A DNA stretch of 64,000 nt, from NCBI GenBank assembly GCA_963701075.1, contig OY969559.1, positions 864,001-928,000 on the forward strand, written 5' to 3'. The first letter of the stretch is position 1, and every line of letters begins with the position of its first letter. This document shows positions 30,415-40,860 of the stretch, piece after piece. The translations under genes were made by a program, and so were the position numbers. The notes under the pieces were generated by a model. The model was not told the DNA's origin and did no database searches. It saw nothing but the letters and a program-made list of their open reading frames with translations. This DNA comes from an uncultured Nitrososphaerota archaeon. GTDB taxonomy: Archaea > Thermoproteota > Nitrososphaeria > Nitrososphaerales > Nitrosopumilaceae.

Positions 30415-30708
30415 ATGTCCATGACCTGTGACGATCTTGATATGAAGAAAAATCTTGTTATTCTAGCAGTTGGAAAAACACTCATAGATATTGACTCTAG
30501 AAGATATACCGAAGTTTCAAAACTTCTTGATGAAAAATATGGTATCGCTCTTTCTGATTGCTATGAAAACCCGAAATACCTGCGGGAAGTGCTAAAAGAT
30601 CTCTACGGAAATTCATACAAGTTTTTAGTAGATTCAATTAAAGAAAAACTCTTAGACTTTCCTGATCATCTAACGATTACAAATTTCTTAGATGTGTTAA
30701 CAAAATAA
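30415..30708 (+). CDS. Stand-alone thaumarchaeal helical domain (NitrOD5-like), paralogous to the C-terminus of 24604-25069
   Basis: DCYENPKYLREVLKDLYG versus DCLDNPQYLKKILEENF. Confidence 0.6.
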   Translation: MSMTCDDLDMKKNLVILAVGKTLIDIDSRRYTEVSKLLDEKYGIALSDCYENPKYLREVLKDLYGNSYKFLVDSIKEKLLDFPDHLTITNFLDVLTK

Positions 30709-30849
30709 TCTAATTCAATATTCTGATTTCATCACTTTTTTAGATAAAAAGATCCATTCCAGTGTCTTTGGGGTAGATCTCCCGGCATTGAATCATATGT
30801 TCCGATCATTGAAAAGGTTTTAACTTAGCAGATCGGGAATTTAGCAGAT

Positions 30850-31866
30850 ATGGGAGATCTTCGCAAGGATTATGTTATTGATAAATTCGTAATTGTTTCT
30901 CAAGATAATCACAACGCCGGTGACTCAAAGAAATGTCCTTATTGTCCTGGAAATGAATCTATGACAAACCCATCATCGCTCTCCCTTGTTGCAAAGGATG
31001 GTATGTTGCAAAGACTTCAGGATACAGAAGACCACTATGTGGAAAATTGGTCTGTTAGAGTATTTGAAAGCAAGAATCCAGTGGTTGCCACTACATCCGA
31101 GAATTCTTACAGTGACAGGCCGCTTTATAGCGAACCAGCTTACGGTTACCACTATATCGTAGTTGCATCTGAAAAACACAAGGACTCACTTGCTAGTATA
31201 CCGATTGAACAGTGGTCTAACGTTCTAGTTGTAATTCAGGATAGGCTTAGGTGGTTATACACACAAAGAGGGGTGACCTATGTCTCAATCTATGTAAATC
31301 ATGGTAAGGAGGCTGGCGGTCCTGTTATTCACCCGCATATCAACATAGTTACATTTTCTACAATTCCTCCTGTAATAGAACAGGAAGCAGAGGCTGCGCA
31401 CAAGATTCTAAATGAAAAAGGTATATGCCCAATGTGTCAGACTGTAAGTACTGAGACAGGCGGACCAAGGCAGATCCTGCAAACTGAAGGATTCTTGGCA
31501 TTCTGTCCATGGGCTCCCTCACATCCGTACGAATTTTGGATATATCCAAAAAAGCACACGACAAGCTTTTCGAAAATAACTCAAAAGGAGATAAATGATC
31601 TGTCTCTGATCTTGAGGGCTACACTTGGCGGACTTGCCAGTACAATGAAAAATACCGCATACAACATGGTGTTTCATCTCTCACCAGAAAAGAAAAACAA
31701 CCGACAGATTCACTGGCATATAGAAGTATATCCGCAGTCTGATTCTTGGTCTGGTCTTGAAAGGGGATATGGAGTTTTCTTGAACAAGGTAACTCCGGAA
31801 AAGGCAGCAGAAGAGCTTGGCGCATCTTGCAGAAAAGAACTAGCAGGTCTAGTTGGCATAGTATAA
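30850..31866 (+). CDS. galT: Galactose-1-phosphate uridylyltransferase family (HIT)
   Basis: CPYCPGNE, NHGKEAGGPVIHPH, HWHIEVYP. Confidence 0.88.
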   Translation: MGDLRKDYVIDKFVIVSQDNHNAGDSKKCPYCPGNESMTNPSSLSLVAKDGMLQRLQDTEDHYVENWSVRVFESKNPVVATTSENSYSDRPLYSEPAYGYHYIVVASEKHKDSLASIPIEQWSNVLVVIQDRLRWLYTQRGVTYVSIYVNHGKEAGGPVIHPHINIVTFSTIPPVIEQEAEAAHKILNEKGICPMCQTVSTETGGPRQILQTEGFLAFCPWAPSHPYEFWIYPKKHTTSFSKITQKEINDLSLILRATLGGLASTMKNTAYNMVFHLSPEKKNNRQIHWHIEVYPQSDSWSGLERGYGVFLNKVTPEKAAEELGASCRKELAGLVGIV

Positions 31867-31908
31867 CCAATCATTTGGTTTATTTATTGAAGTAAATCAA
31901 GAATAACT

Positions 31909-32338
31909 GTGGCAGTTGAAAAGTGGGTAGCTGCAGCAAGCTTCGCAATGTTTGCACTGTTTGTAGCTGAATTGATATCGGTATCGCATTTTCTAAAAAA
32001 TCCATCATATGATATAGATCCTTCATCATCGGTTCTAGAATTTATTTCAATTAGTGGAGCACCTGCATTAGTACTTGCAGGCTCTTCATTTTTGTTGGCA
32101 CGCAGATATGGTTCAATACTTTGCGGTTCTCTTATCATTGCTGGAGGAGTTGTAACATTAATTGGAATGGGCTATGTCAATACCATGATACCTATGATAG
32201 ACTCCTGCATATGTGGTTCCACAACTTTCACTTACTCCAATTATATTTATGGGCGTATCAATACCTGTCATGATAACTGGCGGTCTTTTATTTCGCTTGA
32301 AGCCTAGACCGAAAAGAGATTACGTTTTTGACGGATAA
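31909..32338 (+). CDS. 4-TM membrane protein (apparent +1 frameshift at 32202/3)
   Basis: Three TM helices, then the other frame supplies a fourth (PIIFMGVSIPVMITGGLLFRLKPRPKR). Confidence 0.7.
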
Positions 32339-32766
32339 TCAAATCTCATTGAATTAGAATGTAACTTGAATCCTAATTTTTTGTAAAAAGGAATAAGATC
32401 ATCTGTACAATCAAGAATGGTTTTGTAACAACCTTGTTTTTGCGCATATTCCAATAAAGAATGTACTATTTTTTGACCAACCCCTCTTCCTTGGAATTCT
32501 TTTGCAACCACGACATCTTCGATGTGACCAACCTTCCCTCCGTTATGGATGAATTTTTGTTCAATTATGATGCTTGCCGCACCTATGATTTTTGAATCCA
32601 TTACTGCAACGTATATTGTCTCATTTGGATTTTCAGAAATCTTATCAAATATGGCCTGGGCTTTTCTTGGACTCATATCGCTTGTACTCCTAAGCGAATC
32701 AAGCGAATACAGAAATCCATTGAAGAGATCTTTTTTCTGGAGCTTGCGTATCTTAATTTCGGTCAT
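32320..32766 (-). CDS. GNAT acetyltransferase (glucosamine-phosphate N-acetyltransferase-like)
   Basis: IEQKFIHNGGKVGHIEDVVV, QGRGVG, GCYKTILDC. Confidence 0.85.
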   Translation of the reverse strand: MTEIKIRKLQKKDLFNGFLYSLDSLRSTSDMSPRKAQAIFDKISENPNETIYVAVMDSKIIGAASIIIEQKFIHNGGKVGHIEDVVVAKEFQGRGVGQKIVHSLLEYAQKQGCYKTILDCTDDLIPFYKKLGFKLHSNSMRFDYPSKT

Positions 32767-32775
32767 GTTTAAGAC

Positions 32776-33477
32776 TTAGATCTGGCCAAGCCTTTCCAAA
32801 TAATGCTGATATGCGCGTCGATAGGAAGCCTTGTCGCCTATGTCGATAAACCCATTCTTAATCGAATATCCGTTTACCCTGTTCTTCTTAGCCAACGCAC
32901 TACGAATAACAAGGTCCATCCCATATGGCTTGCCTTCTGGAATTAACTCGAAAATTCCAGGCTCCATGACATAACATCCTATGTTGATATTGCCTTTCAC
33001 CTCGGGCTTTTCTTGCCATGTCTTGACCCTGCTGGTCTTGTCCATTTCTATGAATCCATATGGAATCTTGGTCTTGTATTCGGACAACCCCATAGTCACA
33101 AAGGATTTTTTCTTTTTATGATAATTAATCATATTTTTCAAACTAAATTCAAAAATTGAATCTCCGTATACGCAAACAAAAGTATCATCAATAAATTCTT
33201 GTGCAGTTTTTAATTGTCCTGCTGTTGCCAGAGGTCTATTTGCAACTGCGTACTCTATTTTTACACCAAATCTGCTCCCGTCTTCAAAATAATCTTCTAT
33301 TGTTCTTCTCAAATAACTTACACATAAGACAAATGAATCGACGCCGTTGTTCTTTATCCATTCAATCAAATGCTCTAAGAGTGGTTTGTCTCCAAGTGGA
33401 AGCATAGCTTTTGGCAGAAATGTAGTGTAAGGTTGAAGTCTTGTTCCAAGTCCACCAGCTAAGATTACAGCCTTCAT
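32776..33477 (-). CDS. Nucleotidyltransferase (sugar-1-phosphate NTP transferase family)
   Basis: AVILAGGLGTRLQPYT...PKAMLP. Confidence 0.9.
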   Translation of the reverse strand: MKAVILAGGLGTRLQPYTTFLPKAMLPLGDKPLLEHLIEWIKNNGVDSFVLCVSYLRRTIEDYFEDGSRFGVKIEYAVANRPLATAGQLKTAQEFIDDTFVCVYGDSIFEFSLKNMINYHKKKKSFVTMGLSEYKTKIPYGFIEMDKTSRVKTWQEKPEVKGNINIGCYVMEPGIFELIPEGKPYGMDLVIRSALAKKNRVNGYSIKNGFIDIGDKASYRRAYQHYLERLGQI

Positions 33478-33525
33478 GAGATGTAGTCTAAGAATGTAGT
33501 ATTTATTTTGAAGGATAAAGATATT

Positions 33526-34827
33526 CTACCTAATCTTGACAAGCTTTGTCAAGACATCTTTTGGAGTTTTGCCAAATAGCAAGATCATCGGCTCTTTTCC
33601 AACATCTCCTCTATGATATATGATATCTGGAGGGTTCTTGAGTTTCTCAATTGCGCTCTTTATCCCCCACGATATAGTTTTTCCTTCAGTAACCTTGGTA
33701 TCATGTGATTCCAGAACTCTATCATAATATGCGACGCAAAGTCTCTTTGCAATAGCTTTTTTGATTGTCTTGTTGTCATATTTGATGTTAACAGCAGATC
33801 TTATCGAGGGGAACTTTCTTGTCACCTCTAGGACTGCATTGGCCACATGTTTTGAGCCTCCGTACTTGAGTATACCTGTCACCGTAACAAATTCTCCTGT
33901 TTTGACTATACGTCCTTCAAGTCCTAGTATGTGGAAAATGGATTCTGGACAAGGCTTGGAAAACACAAAATTTGTCTGCACTTCTGGTATGTGACCGTAA
34001 ATTCCTTTGATGTTAACAAATTGATTGATTGCTATGGAAAGATCATCTTCTATTATGTCAGCATTTTTTTGTCTTGCAATAGCTAGGCCTTTTCCAACTC
34101 TTGTCGAATTCTTGATGGATTCAAATGAAATCTTTTGTGCAAGACTTGCAGATTCAGACAAGCCCTTTCCTTTGGCTATATTCACACAAAGTGCGGCAGA
34201 AAATACGCATCCTCCGCCATGACTTTCTCGCTGAAGCCTTTTTTGAGAAAACATGTGAAATTTCTTGTTTTCAAGTAAGAGGTCAGTTACCTTATCGTCT
34301 TGCATATGTCCGCCTTTTATTATGACATTTTTTGCACCCATGGAATTTATCTTATGGGCTACTTTTTTTGCATCACTCCAGGACTTTATTTTCATACCTG
34401 TGATCCTCTCTGCTTCTGGCACATTTGGAGTTATGACATATGAGAGAGGTATGAGCAATTTCTTAAAATCAGAAAAAGCGTTAGCCAGAAGAAGCATCCC
34501 TCCAGTTGTTGATTCAAAAATAGGATCAAGCACGATGGGCATCTTTAGATTTTTCAATTCAGAATGAATTGTTTTTATGGTTTTTTTATCATAGACCATT
34601 CCTATCTTTATTGCATCAATCTTGAAATCTGAAAGAACTGATCTTATCTGACTCTTGATGATTTCAGATGAAGCAGGTTCTGACTTGAAAAACTTTGAAG
34701 AGTTTTGGCTTGTTAATGCAGTAATTACACCGAGTCCGTATGCTCCAAGAGATGTGAATGTCTTTATATCTCCTTGAATGCCTGCGCCAGAAGATGGATC
34801 AGAGCCTGCTATAGACAATACATTCAT
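33526..34827 (-). CDS. thiD: Bifunctional HMP/HMP-P kinase ThiD + thiamine-phosphate synthase ThiN
   Basis: IAGSDPSSGAGIQGD, TPNVPEA, HGGGC; C-terminal IPEVQTNF, GGSKHVA, GDVGKEPM. Confidence 0.92.
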   Translation of the reverse strand: MNVLSIAGSDPSSGAGIQGDIKTFTSLGAYGLGVITALTSQNSSKFFKSEPASSEIIKSQIRSVLSDFKIDAIKIGMVYDKKTIKTIHSELKNLKMPIVLDPIFESTTGGMLLLANAFSDFKKLLIPLSYVITPNVPEAERITGMKIKSWSDAKKVAHKINSMGAKNVIIKGGHMQDDKVTDLLLENKKFHMFSQKRLQRESHGGGCVFSAALCVNIAKGKGLSESASLAQKISFESIKNSTRVGKGLAIARQKNADIIEDDLSIAINQFVNIKGIYGHIPEVQTNFVFSKPCPESIFHILGLEGRIVKTGEFVTVTGILKYGGSKHVANAVLEVTRKFPSIRSAVNIKYDNKTIKKAIAKRLCVAYYDRVLESHDTKVTEGKTISWGIKSAIEKLKNPPDIIYHRGDVGKEPMILLFGKTPKDVLTKLVKIR

Positions 34828-34882
34828 GACATTACCATAGGAAACTCACGTTTAAATTCAATCGATTGGTAAAAAAGGTAAA

Positions 34883-36220
34883 TTGGGAACACAAATGAGC
34901 GCGGCCCGTAGGGGCATTGCCACCGAAGAAATGAAAACAGTGGCAAAAGACGAAGATGTAACTCTAGACTGGCTCATTTCAAAAATGGCAACAGGCTCGA
35001 TTATAATTCCACACAACAACGTCAGACCACAAAAGATTCACGTGGTAGGAATTGGCAAGGGAATGAAAACAAAGGTCAACGTCAACATTGGTAATTCTAC
35101 TCTGAATCAGAATCTGGATGAAGAAGTAAAAAAGGCTAAAGTTGCTGTAAAATATCACTCAGACACTATAATGGATCTAAGTGATGGTGGGGATGTAGGT
35201 CTTTTCAGAAGGACTCTGCTTGAGGCAGCTCCTATAACATTTGGTACAGTTCCAGTATACGAGGCTTACAATTATGGTGTTGAAAAACACAAGAATCCAC
35301 TTGATATAACTGAAGACGACTATCTCAATGCATTTGAACGTAACATAAAAGATGGAGTTGATTATACTACAATACATTCTGGTATTACAAAAGATATAGC
35401 AAAAAGAATTTTGGCAGTAAAAAGACACGGCGGAATAGTAAGCAAGGGAGGAACTATCACGGCCGCATGGATGCTAAAGTATGACAAGGAAAATCCATAC
35501 TATGAGCACTTTGATTATCTAATAGAGCTGGCAAGACAATATGATGTTACTTTTAGCTTGGGCGATGCTCTAAGGCCAGGTTCCATACTTGATTCGCATG
35601 ATGAATTGCAGGTTCAGGAGATGATTAACATATCAAGGCTAACAAAAAGAGCTCATGAAAAAGATGTACAGGTGATGGTGGAAGGACCTGGACATGTACC
35701 ACTAAATGAAGTTGCTGCAAATGTTAGACTAGCAAAATCTCTGATTGGCGATGTACCGTATTATGTATTGGGACCGCTTGTAACTGATGTAGCATCAGGC
35801 CATGATCATATTGCCAGTGCAATAGGTGCTGCAATATCTGCAAGTGAAGGGGTAGACTTGCTGTGTTATCTAACTCCGGCAGAACACTTGGCTTTACCAA
35901 ATGCTGACGAAGTAAAGGCAGGGTTGATTGCATATAGAATTGCCGCGCATGCTGCAGACCTTGTCAAATTGCGAGACAAGGCAATCAAGTGGGATATGGA
36001 AATGACAGAGGCAAGACGAACTCTCAACTGGGAAAAACAGATTGCATTATCAATTGATCCTGAAGAGGCAGCACGGATACATGCAAGAACAGGTCAACTC
36101 AAGGGAAATACTGTACCCTGTACAATGTGTGGGGGAGCGTGTGTCTACATAATGCTTCCACAACAGAGATACACCAAATCAGATGAAGTAACAGAAGAAA
36201 AACTACAACAAGTCAGCTAG
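34883..36220 (+). CDS. thiC: Phosphomethylpyrimidine synthase
   Basis: TKVNVNIG, SLGDALRPG, EGPGHVP, TPAEHL, CTMCGGAC. Confidence 0.97.
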   Translation: MGTQMSAARRGIATEEMKTVAKDEDVTLDWLISKMATGSIIIPHNNVRPQKIHVVGIGKGMKTKVNVNIGNSTLNQNLDEEVKKAKVAVKYHSDTIMDLSDGGDVGLFRRTLLEAAPITFGTVPVYEAYNYGVEKHKNPLDITEDDYLNAFERNIKDGVDYTTIHSGITKDIAKRILAVKRHGGIVSKGGTITAAWMLKYDKENPYYEHFDYLIELARQYDVTFSLGDALRPGSILDSHDELQVQEMINISRLTKRAHEKDVQVMVEGPGHVPLNEVAANVRLAKSLIGDVPYYVLGPLVTDVASGHDHIASAIGAAISASEGVDLLCYLTPAEHLALPNADEVKAGLIAYRIAAHAADLVKLRDKAIKWDMEMTEARRTLNWEKQIALSIDPEEAARIHARTGQLKGNTVPCTMCGGACVYIMLPQQRYTKSDEVTEEKLQQVS

Positions 36221-36608
36221 AACCTTGTCAAGGCTTGGAACTGTTTGATATTGTGTTAATTCTAAAGGACTTATCCATCTGTATTCTTGATTCTCCCAAT
36301 TAAGAGTAATTGTAGGATCTTGTACAGAAAACAAGAAGGGGAAGATCAACCACTCGTGGTTTGCATATTGAGGGGAATCTACACGAATTTGTTGTGCAGA
36401 TTTAAGAAGACTAATGTTATTTTCTGTTATGCCTACTTCCTCCAATATTTCCCTTTTCAGCTCTGTAGATTGGCTCTTCACTGCCTTCTATTATTCCAGA
36501 TACTCCTGCCCAAAGGCCTTTCATTGACTTTACTTTTTCGCTTCGCTTTAAGATGAGATACTTGTCGTTATGAACTAGAAAGGAAGTGACGATTTTTGTG
36601 GATTTCAA
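36203..36608 (-). CDS. NUDIX hydrolase (apparent +1 frameshift at 36458/9)
   Basis: Nudix box GIIEGSEEPIYRA-KREILEEVGI is split between two ORFs. Confidence 0.85.
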
Positions 36609-37463
36609 CTATTTTTCAACAGCATTTACCATGGATACTAATTTTTTGTATGCGTCATCCATGTCAACATTCTTTGCAAGTCGCTCTTTTGCACTACTGA
36701 TATACTTGAGAATCTCTTCAGTCCTGTTTTCCTGAATCAAAATAAGCATCCTGCCTATGTCCTTCCAGAACTCTTCAGCATATCTTCTAATTTCTGGATT
36801 TGAGATTATTGTCTCAATGAGTTCTGGAGATTCTGTCATTATTCCAGCAGTTAGAAGCTTTTGTGCCTTGAACGTGGTACCTGCCATCTTTTCAACTAGT
36901 GTAAAGTTCTCCTCCTTTGCAAGTATGTTAGCAAGTGTCAAGTTGACTAAGTGAGTCATACCTAAGATTATTGCAATTTTTTTGTCATGCTCTGTCGCAT
37001 CTATCTGAACAAAATTTGCTTCAGGAAATAATGATTTTGCCACCAAAAGCTCTTTTTTTGCATCACGAATTGGAATGGAGATTATGTTCTGTCCCTTTAG
37101 CTTCTTTGTTCCGGGCCCAAACATGGGATGAATACAAATTGGACTTACCTTATCTGGAATTTTTGATAGTGCAGCTGCAGTTTTTAGCTTGAGTGAAGAA
37201 ACGTCAATAAGGAAAGATTCTCTTTTCATCTCTTTTGCAATCAGTCTTATAGTTTCTGGAGTGCGCTTGACTGGAATGCAAAGAATAACATAATCTGCAG
37301 GTAATATTGCGCCAACAAGGGATTGTGCCTTTGTAACTGCTTTATTTTGGATCTCTTTTTCGGCATCAAAACCAATTACCTCAAAACCCTTCTCAAGAAA
37401 GTACTTTGTGAACCATTTGCCTATTTGTCCTTCTGCACCAATTATGGCTATTTTCTTCTTCAT
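36609..37463 (-). CDS. tyrA: Prephenate dehydrogenase
   Basis: IAIIGAEGQIG, DVSSLK, IHPMFGP, EHDKKIA. Confidence 0.9.
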   Translation of the reverse strand: MKKKIAIIGAEGQIGKWFTKYFLEKGFEVIGFDAEKEIQNKAVTKAQSLVGAILPADYVILCIPVKRTPETIRLIAKEMKRESFLIDVSSLKLKTAAALSKIPDKVSPICIHPMFGPGTKKLKGQNIISIPIRDAKKELLVAKSLFPEANFVQIDATEHDKKIAIILGMTHLVNLTLANILAKEENFTLVEKMAGTTFKAQKLLTAGIMTESPELIETIISNPEIRRYAEEFWKDIGRMLILIQENRTEEILKYISSAKERLAKNVDMDDAYKKLVSMVNAVEK

Positions 37464-38830
37464 TTTTCTGTCCTCATCACTTCTTCTATTATCTTCATTC
37501 CTTGGTTAAGTGTTTCTTCTGGCTGACAAGCAGATATTCTGACAAATTCTTGGTAATTTCCAAATCCTTCACCAGGTGCTATCGCAACGCCATAATCTAA
37601 AAGCTTGTTTGTAAACTCAACAGAGTCAAAATGTGGCTTTTTCACCTTGGCAAAGAGGTACATTGCGCCATCTGGCTCCACAAACTCAATTTCCATACTC
37701 TTTGCCTTTTTTATCACAGCTTCTAGTCTAGTTTTGATGGTTTTAGTATTATCGGTAGTGTCAGCCTCGAGTGCTTTCATGGCTACATATTGAATTGGTT
37801 CTGATACGTTTGTCATAGCCAACGCCTGTAGCTTTGCCATCTGGTCTATTATCTCAGGACTTGATACGGCATATCCTATTCTAAATCCAGTCATTGCATG
37901 AGATTTGGAGAAAGACTGGGTCACAATTGATTTGCTGTACTTGTAGGAAAGAACACTCTTCCAATTTTTGAATGCATATGAAGAATAAATCTCATCACTT
38001 AACACATAGAGGTTGTTTTTTATTGAAATATTCATTATTTGGTCTAGTAATTTTTCTGATAGTATTTTCCCGGTGGGGTTGTTTGGATAGTTTAGCACTA
38101 TCATCTTTGTATTTTGGTTGATTGCGTTTTCAATCTCTTCTATCTTGGGCTCCCATCTATTTTCTAGGCTTGTGTGAATGGTTCTGACCTTGACCCCTGA
38201 ATTTAGAGCATTGTCTCTGTATGCCGGCCATGCTGGCTCTATTATTATTATCTCGTTTCCAGGATTTAGCAGAGTAGAGATTGCAAGAAAGACTGAAAAT
38301 CTCGCACCAGGTGAGACAAGAATATTTTGTGAATCTGTCTTGATGCCAAATGTCTTGGTAACATAGCTTGCAAGAGCTTCTCGAAACTCCGTCATTCCTT
38401 TTGAATCTCCATACTTTGTGTATCCCTTATCATAGACCTGGGAAAGGGCACTATTGACTATCTTTGGTGGGAAAAAGTCTGGCTCGCCTACCTCCATGTG
38501 AATTATTTTTTTTCCTTGTTTCTCTAGTGTCTTTGCCTTCAAGAATACTGAAAGATGAGTTTGCTTGTTTGTTGATTGTATCTTGACAGATTCATTTAAC
38601 AGAAAATTTAGCATTGTCAAACCCGTTTTCTCATCAAGACCAATCTCTCTACATAATGACTGAACCTTGGTTCGAAGCTGACTTTCTCTTTCTTCATTGG
38701 TTATGCCTAGTCCCAGATTATTCTTGAGGTTGCCAATTTCTTTTGCCGTGTCATTTCTTTCCCTTAATAATTTCAGCATATCAAATGTTATCTTGTCCAT
38801 CTTGTCGCGCAGCTTGTCAATATCTGACAT
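37460..38830 (-). CDS. Chorismate mutase-aminotransferase (class I/II) fusion
   Basis: N-terminal LRDKMDKITFDMLKLLRER CM domain; NYPNNPTG, SDEIY, SFSKSHAMTGFRIG. Confidence 0.9.
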   Translation of the reverse strand: MSDIDKLRDKMDKITFDMLKLLRERNDTAKEIGNLKNNLGLGITNEERESQLRTKVQSLCREIGLDEKTGLTMLNFLLNESVKIQSTNKQTHLSVFLKAKTLEKQGKKIIHMEVGEPDFFPPKIVNSALSQVYDKGYTKYGDSKGMTEFREALASYVTKTFGIKTDSQNILVSPGARFSVFLAISTLLNPGNEIIIIEPAWPAYRDNALNSGVKVRTIHTSLENRWEPKIEEIENAINQNTKMIVLNYPNNPTGKILSEKLLDQIMNISIKNNLYVLSDEIYSSYAFKNWKSVLSYKYSKSIVTQSFSKSHAMTGFRIGYAVSSPEIIDQMAKLQALAMTNVSEPIQYVAMKALEADTTDNTKTIKTRLEAVIKKAKSMEIEFVEPDGAMYLFAKVKKPHFDSVEFTNKLLDYGVAIAPGEGFGNYQEFVRISACQPEETLNQGMKIIEEVMRTEK

Positions 38831-38833
38831 TTC

Positions 38834-39931
38834 TTATCGAATCACTGGTGAAATGAAGCCTGCTCTTAATGCATGATCAACAAGTATCACTGAGACCAGA
38901 GAATCAACTACAGGCGGCGCTCTTGGGACTACGCATGGGTCATGTCTGCCTTGAACTATTAGAGATACTGACTTTTTTGTCTTGACATCTACGGTATGTT
39001 GCTTTTTTGCAATGGATGATGCAGGCTTGAAAGCAACTCGAAGCACTAACGGCATTCCAGTGGATATTCCTCCTAGTATACCTCCAGCATTATTTGTTCT
39101 AGTTACAATCTTTCCATTCTTTGTTATGAATTCGTCATTGTTCTCAGAACCATGCAGAGTTGAACCGTAAAAACCTGAGCCAAATTCCACTCCCTTGACA
39201 GCAGGAATTGAAAATAACGCCTTGCTAAGATCTGATTCTAGGGAACCAAAGATTGGCTCACCAAGACCTACTGGAAGATTTGTAGTGATAGATTCGATAA
39301 TTCCTCCCACAGAATCCCCACTTCGCTTTGCTGCAAGTATGGCAGCTCGCATCTTTTCTGCTATTTTTGGATCTGGGCATCTTACTTCATTGTTGTAAAT
39401 GAAGTTCTTCATCTTTGGCACAACTTGGTTATTCAGCTTTATCTTGCCTACTTGACAAGTGTAAGAATAAGTGTCGACTCCAATAGTCTGAGAAAGCAAT
39501 TTCTTTGCAATGGCTCCTGCCATTACAAACGTAGCAGTAAGCCTACCAGAAAATCTGCCTCCTCCTCTATAATCATTGAATCCGTTATACTTTATGTATG
39601 CTGGATAGTCAGAATGGCCAGGTCTTGGTCTCAACGTTAAATTTTCATAATCGCGAGAACGTTGGTCTTGATTCCAAATTACCATTGTAATTGGATCTCC
39701 AGTAGTGTATCCACGAAATACACCTGAGAGAATTTCCACCTTATCCTCTTCTTTTCTTTGAGTTGTTATGACTGATTGACCTGGCTTGCGCAAATCAAGC
39801 ATCTTTTGAATGTCCTTTTCCTCAAGTTCCAAACCTGCTGGACAACCATCTACGACAGCTCCTATGCATCTGCCATGACTCTCGCCAAAACTGGTAAAGA
39901 CATAGCGCTGGCCAATCGAACTTGAAGACAT
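38834..39931 (-). CDS. aroC: Chorismate synthase
   Basis: FGESHG, RPGHSD, RGGGRFSGR, AFKPASSI, GRHDPCV. Confidence 0.96.
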   Translation of the reverse strand: MSSSSIGQRYVFTSFGESHGRCIGAVVDGCPAGLELEEKDIQKMLDLRKPGQSVITTQRKEEDKVEILSGVFRGYTTGDPITMVIWNQDQRSRDYENLTLRPRPGHSDYPAYIKYNGFNDYRGGGRFSGRLTATFVMAGAIAKKLLSQTIGVDTYSYTCQVGKIKLNNQVVPKMKNFIYNNEVRCPDPKIAEKMRAAILAAKRSGDSVGGIIESITTNLPVGLGEPIFGSLESDLSKALFSIPAVKGVEFGSGFYGSTLHGSENNDEFITKNGKIVTRTNNAGGILGGISTGMPLVLRVAFKPASSIAKKQHTVDVKTKKSVSLIVQGRHDPCVVPRAPPVVDSLVSVILVDHALRAGFISPVIR

Positions 39932-40037
39932 GATGAAATTTTCATTTGGATGCTTATAATCCTTATAGGGATCAGTGATTTTCAACAAAATTCTGACCCA
40001 TACAATCAAAAATTAGATAATTGGTTAACATGTTACT

Positions 40038-40826
40038 ATGAAAATACGTAGTGCGCAGGAAAGCGACAAGGATGTCGTCTTGGAATTCTGCAAAGACACA
40101 TTCCAGTGGGGTGACTATATTGCCGATGTCTGGGACAAATGGAAGTCAAAAGGGGGCTTGTATGTATTGGAGGAAAATAATTTAGTTGTTGGCGTATACC
40201 ATGTGGTTTCTTTTAAAAAAGAAGCATGGATTGAGGGAATGAGAGTGCATCCACAATATAGAAAAAAAGGATTTGGTACTGACATGTTAACTCATGCAGA
40301 ATCTGTCATACCAAACAAGGTAATTCGATTGATAATTGAAAGTGAGAATCATCCATCAATAAGACTTGCCGAATCAATGGGATATAACATAGAAGAAAAA
40401 TGGAGACTATATTCAATGGTTCCAGCAAAACAAGAATCAAGTGCAATAATGGCAACACCGTCATTCCAACTAGATGGTATAATTGAATCGTCAACATATG
40501 CCAATTCATGGAAATGGTTGCCACTAGATGCAGAAGAAGTCAAAAATCTCATAGAACAAAATAGAGTCATAATATCTATCAAAGACGGAAAAACACTAGC
40601 TGCCGGAATATGGAATCAGTCAAATGAATTTCCTCATGTATTCCAATTTGTATTTGTAAGCGGAACAAATGAAGGCATGTCAGATATTCTAAAATATGTT
40701 CAGAACAAGGCACACGATCTAAACTCAGAGAGGATCCAAGTCTTTATACAAGAAAAAATTTCGCCGGAGGTAAATTTTTTGGACAAGAGATTGTTATTTT
40801 ATTTAATGAAAAAAGAATTGCATTAG
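40038..40826 (+). CDS. GNAT N-acetyltransferase
   Basis: WIEGMRVHPQYRKKGFG, NHPSIRLAESMG. Confidence 0.85.
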   Translation: MKIRSAQESDKDVVLEFCKDTFQWGDYIADVWDKWKSKGGLYVLEENNLVVGVYHVVSFKKEAWIEGMRVHPQYRKKGFGTDMLTHAESVIPNKVIRLIIESENHPSIRLAESMGYNIEEKWRLYSMVPAKQESSAIMATPSFQLDGIIESSTYANSWKWLPLDAEEVKNLIEQNRVIISIKDGKTLAAGIWNQSNEFPHVFQFVFVSGTNEGMSDILKYVQNKAHDLNSERIQVFIQEKISPEVNFLDKRLLFYLMKKELH

Positions 40827-40860
40827 AAAAATCTATAATGCTTGAACCAAAGATAAACTC

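Noticed and set aside
34828-34882. TPP riboswitch at thiC/thiD
   Set aside because: The 55-bp divergent gap holds only promoter elements; no UGAGA/CUGAU aptamer core.
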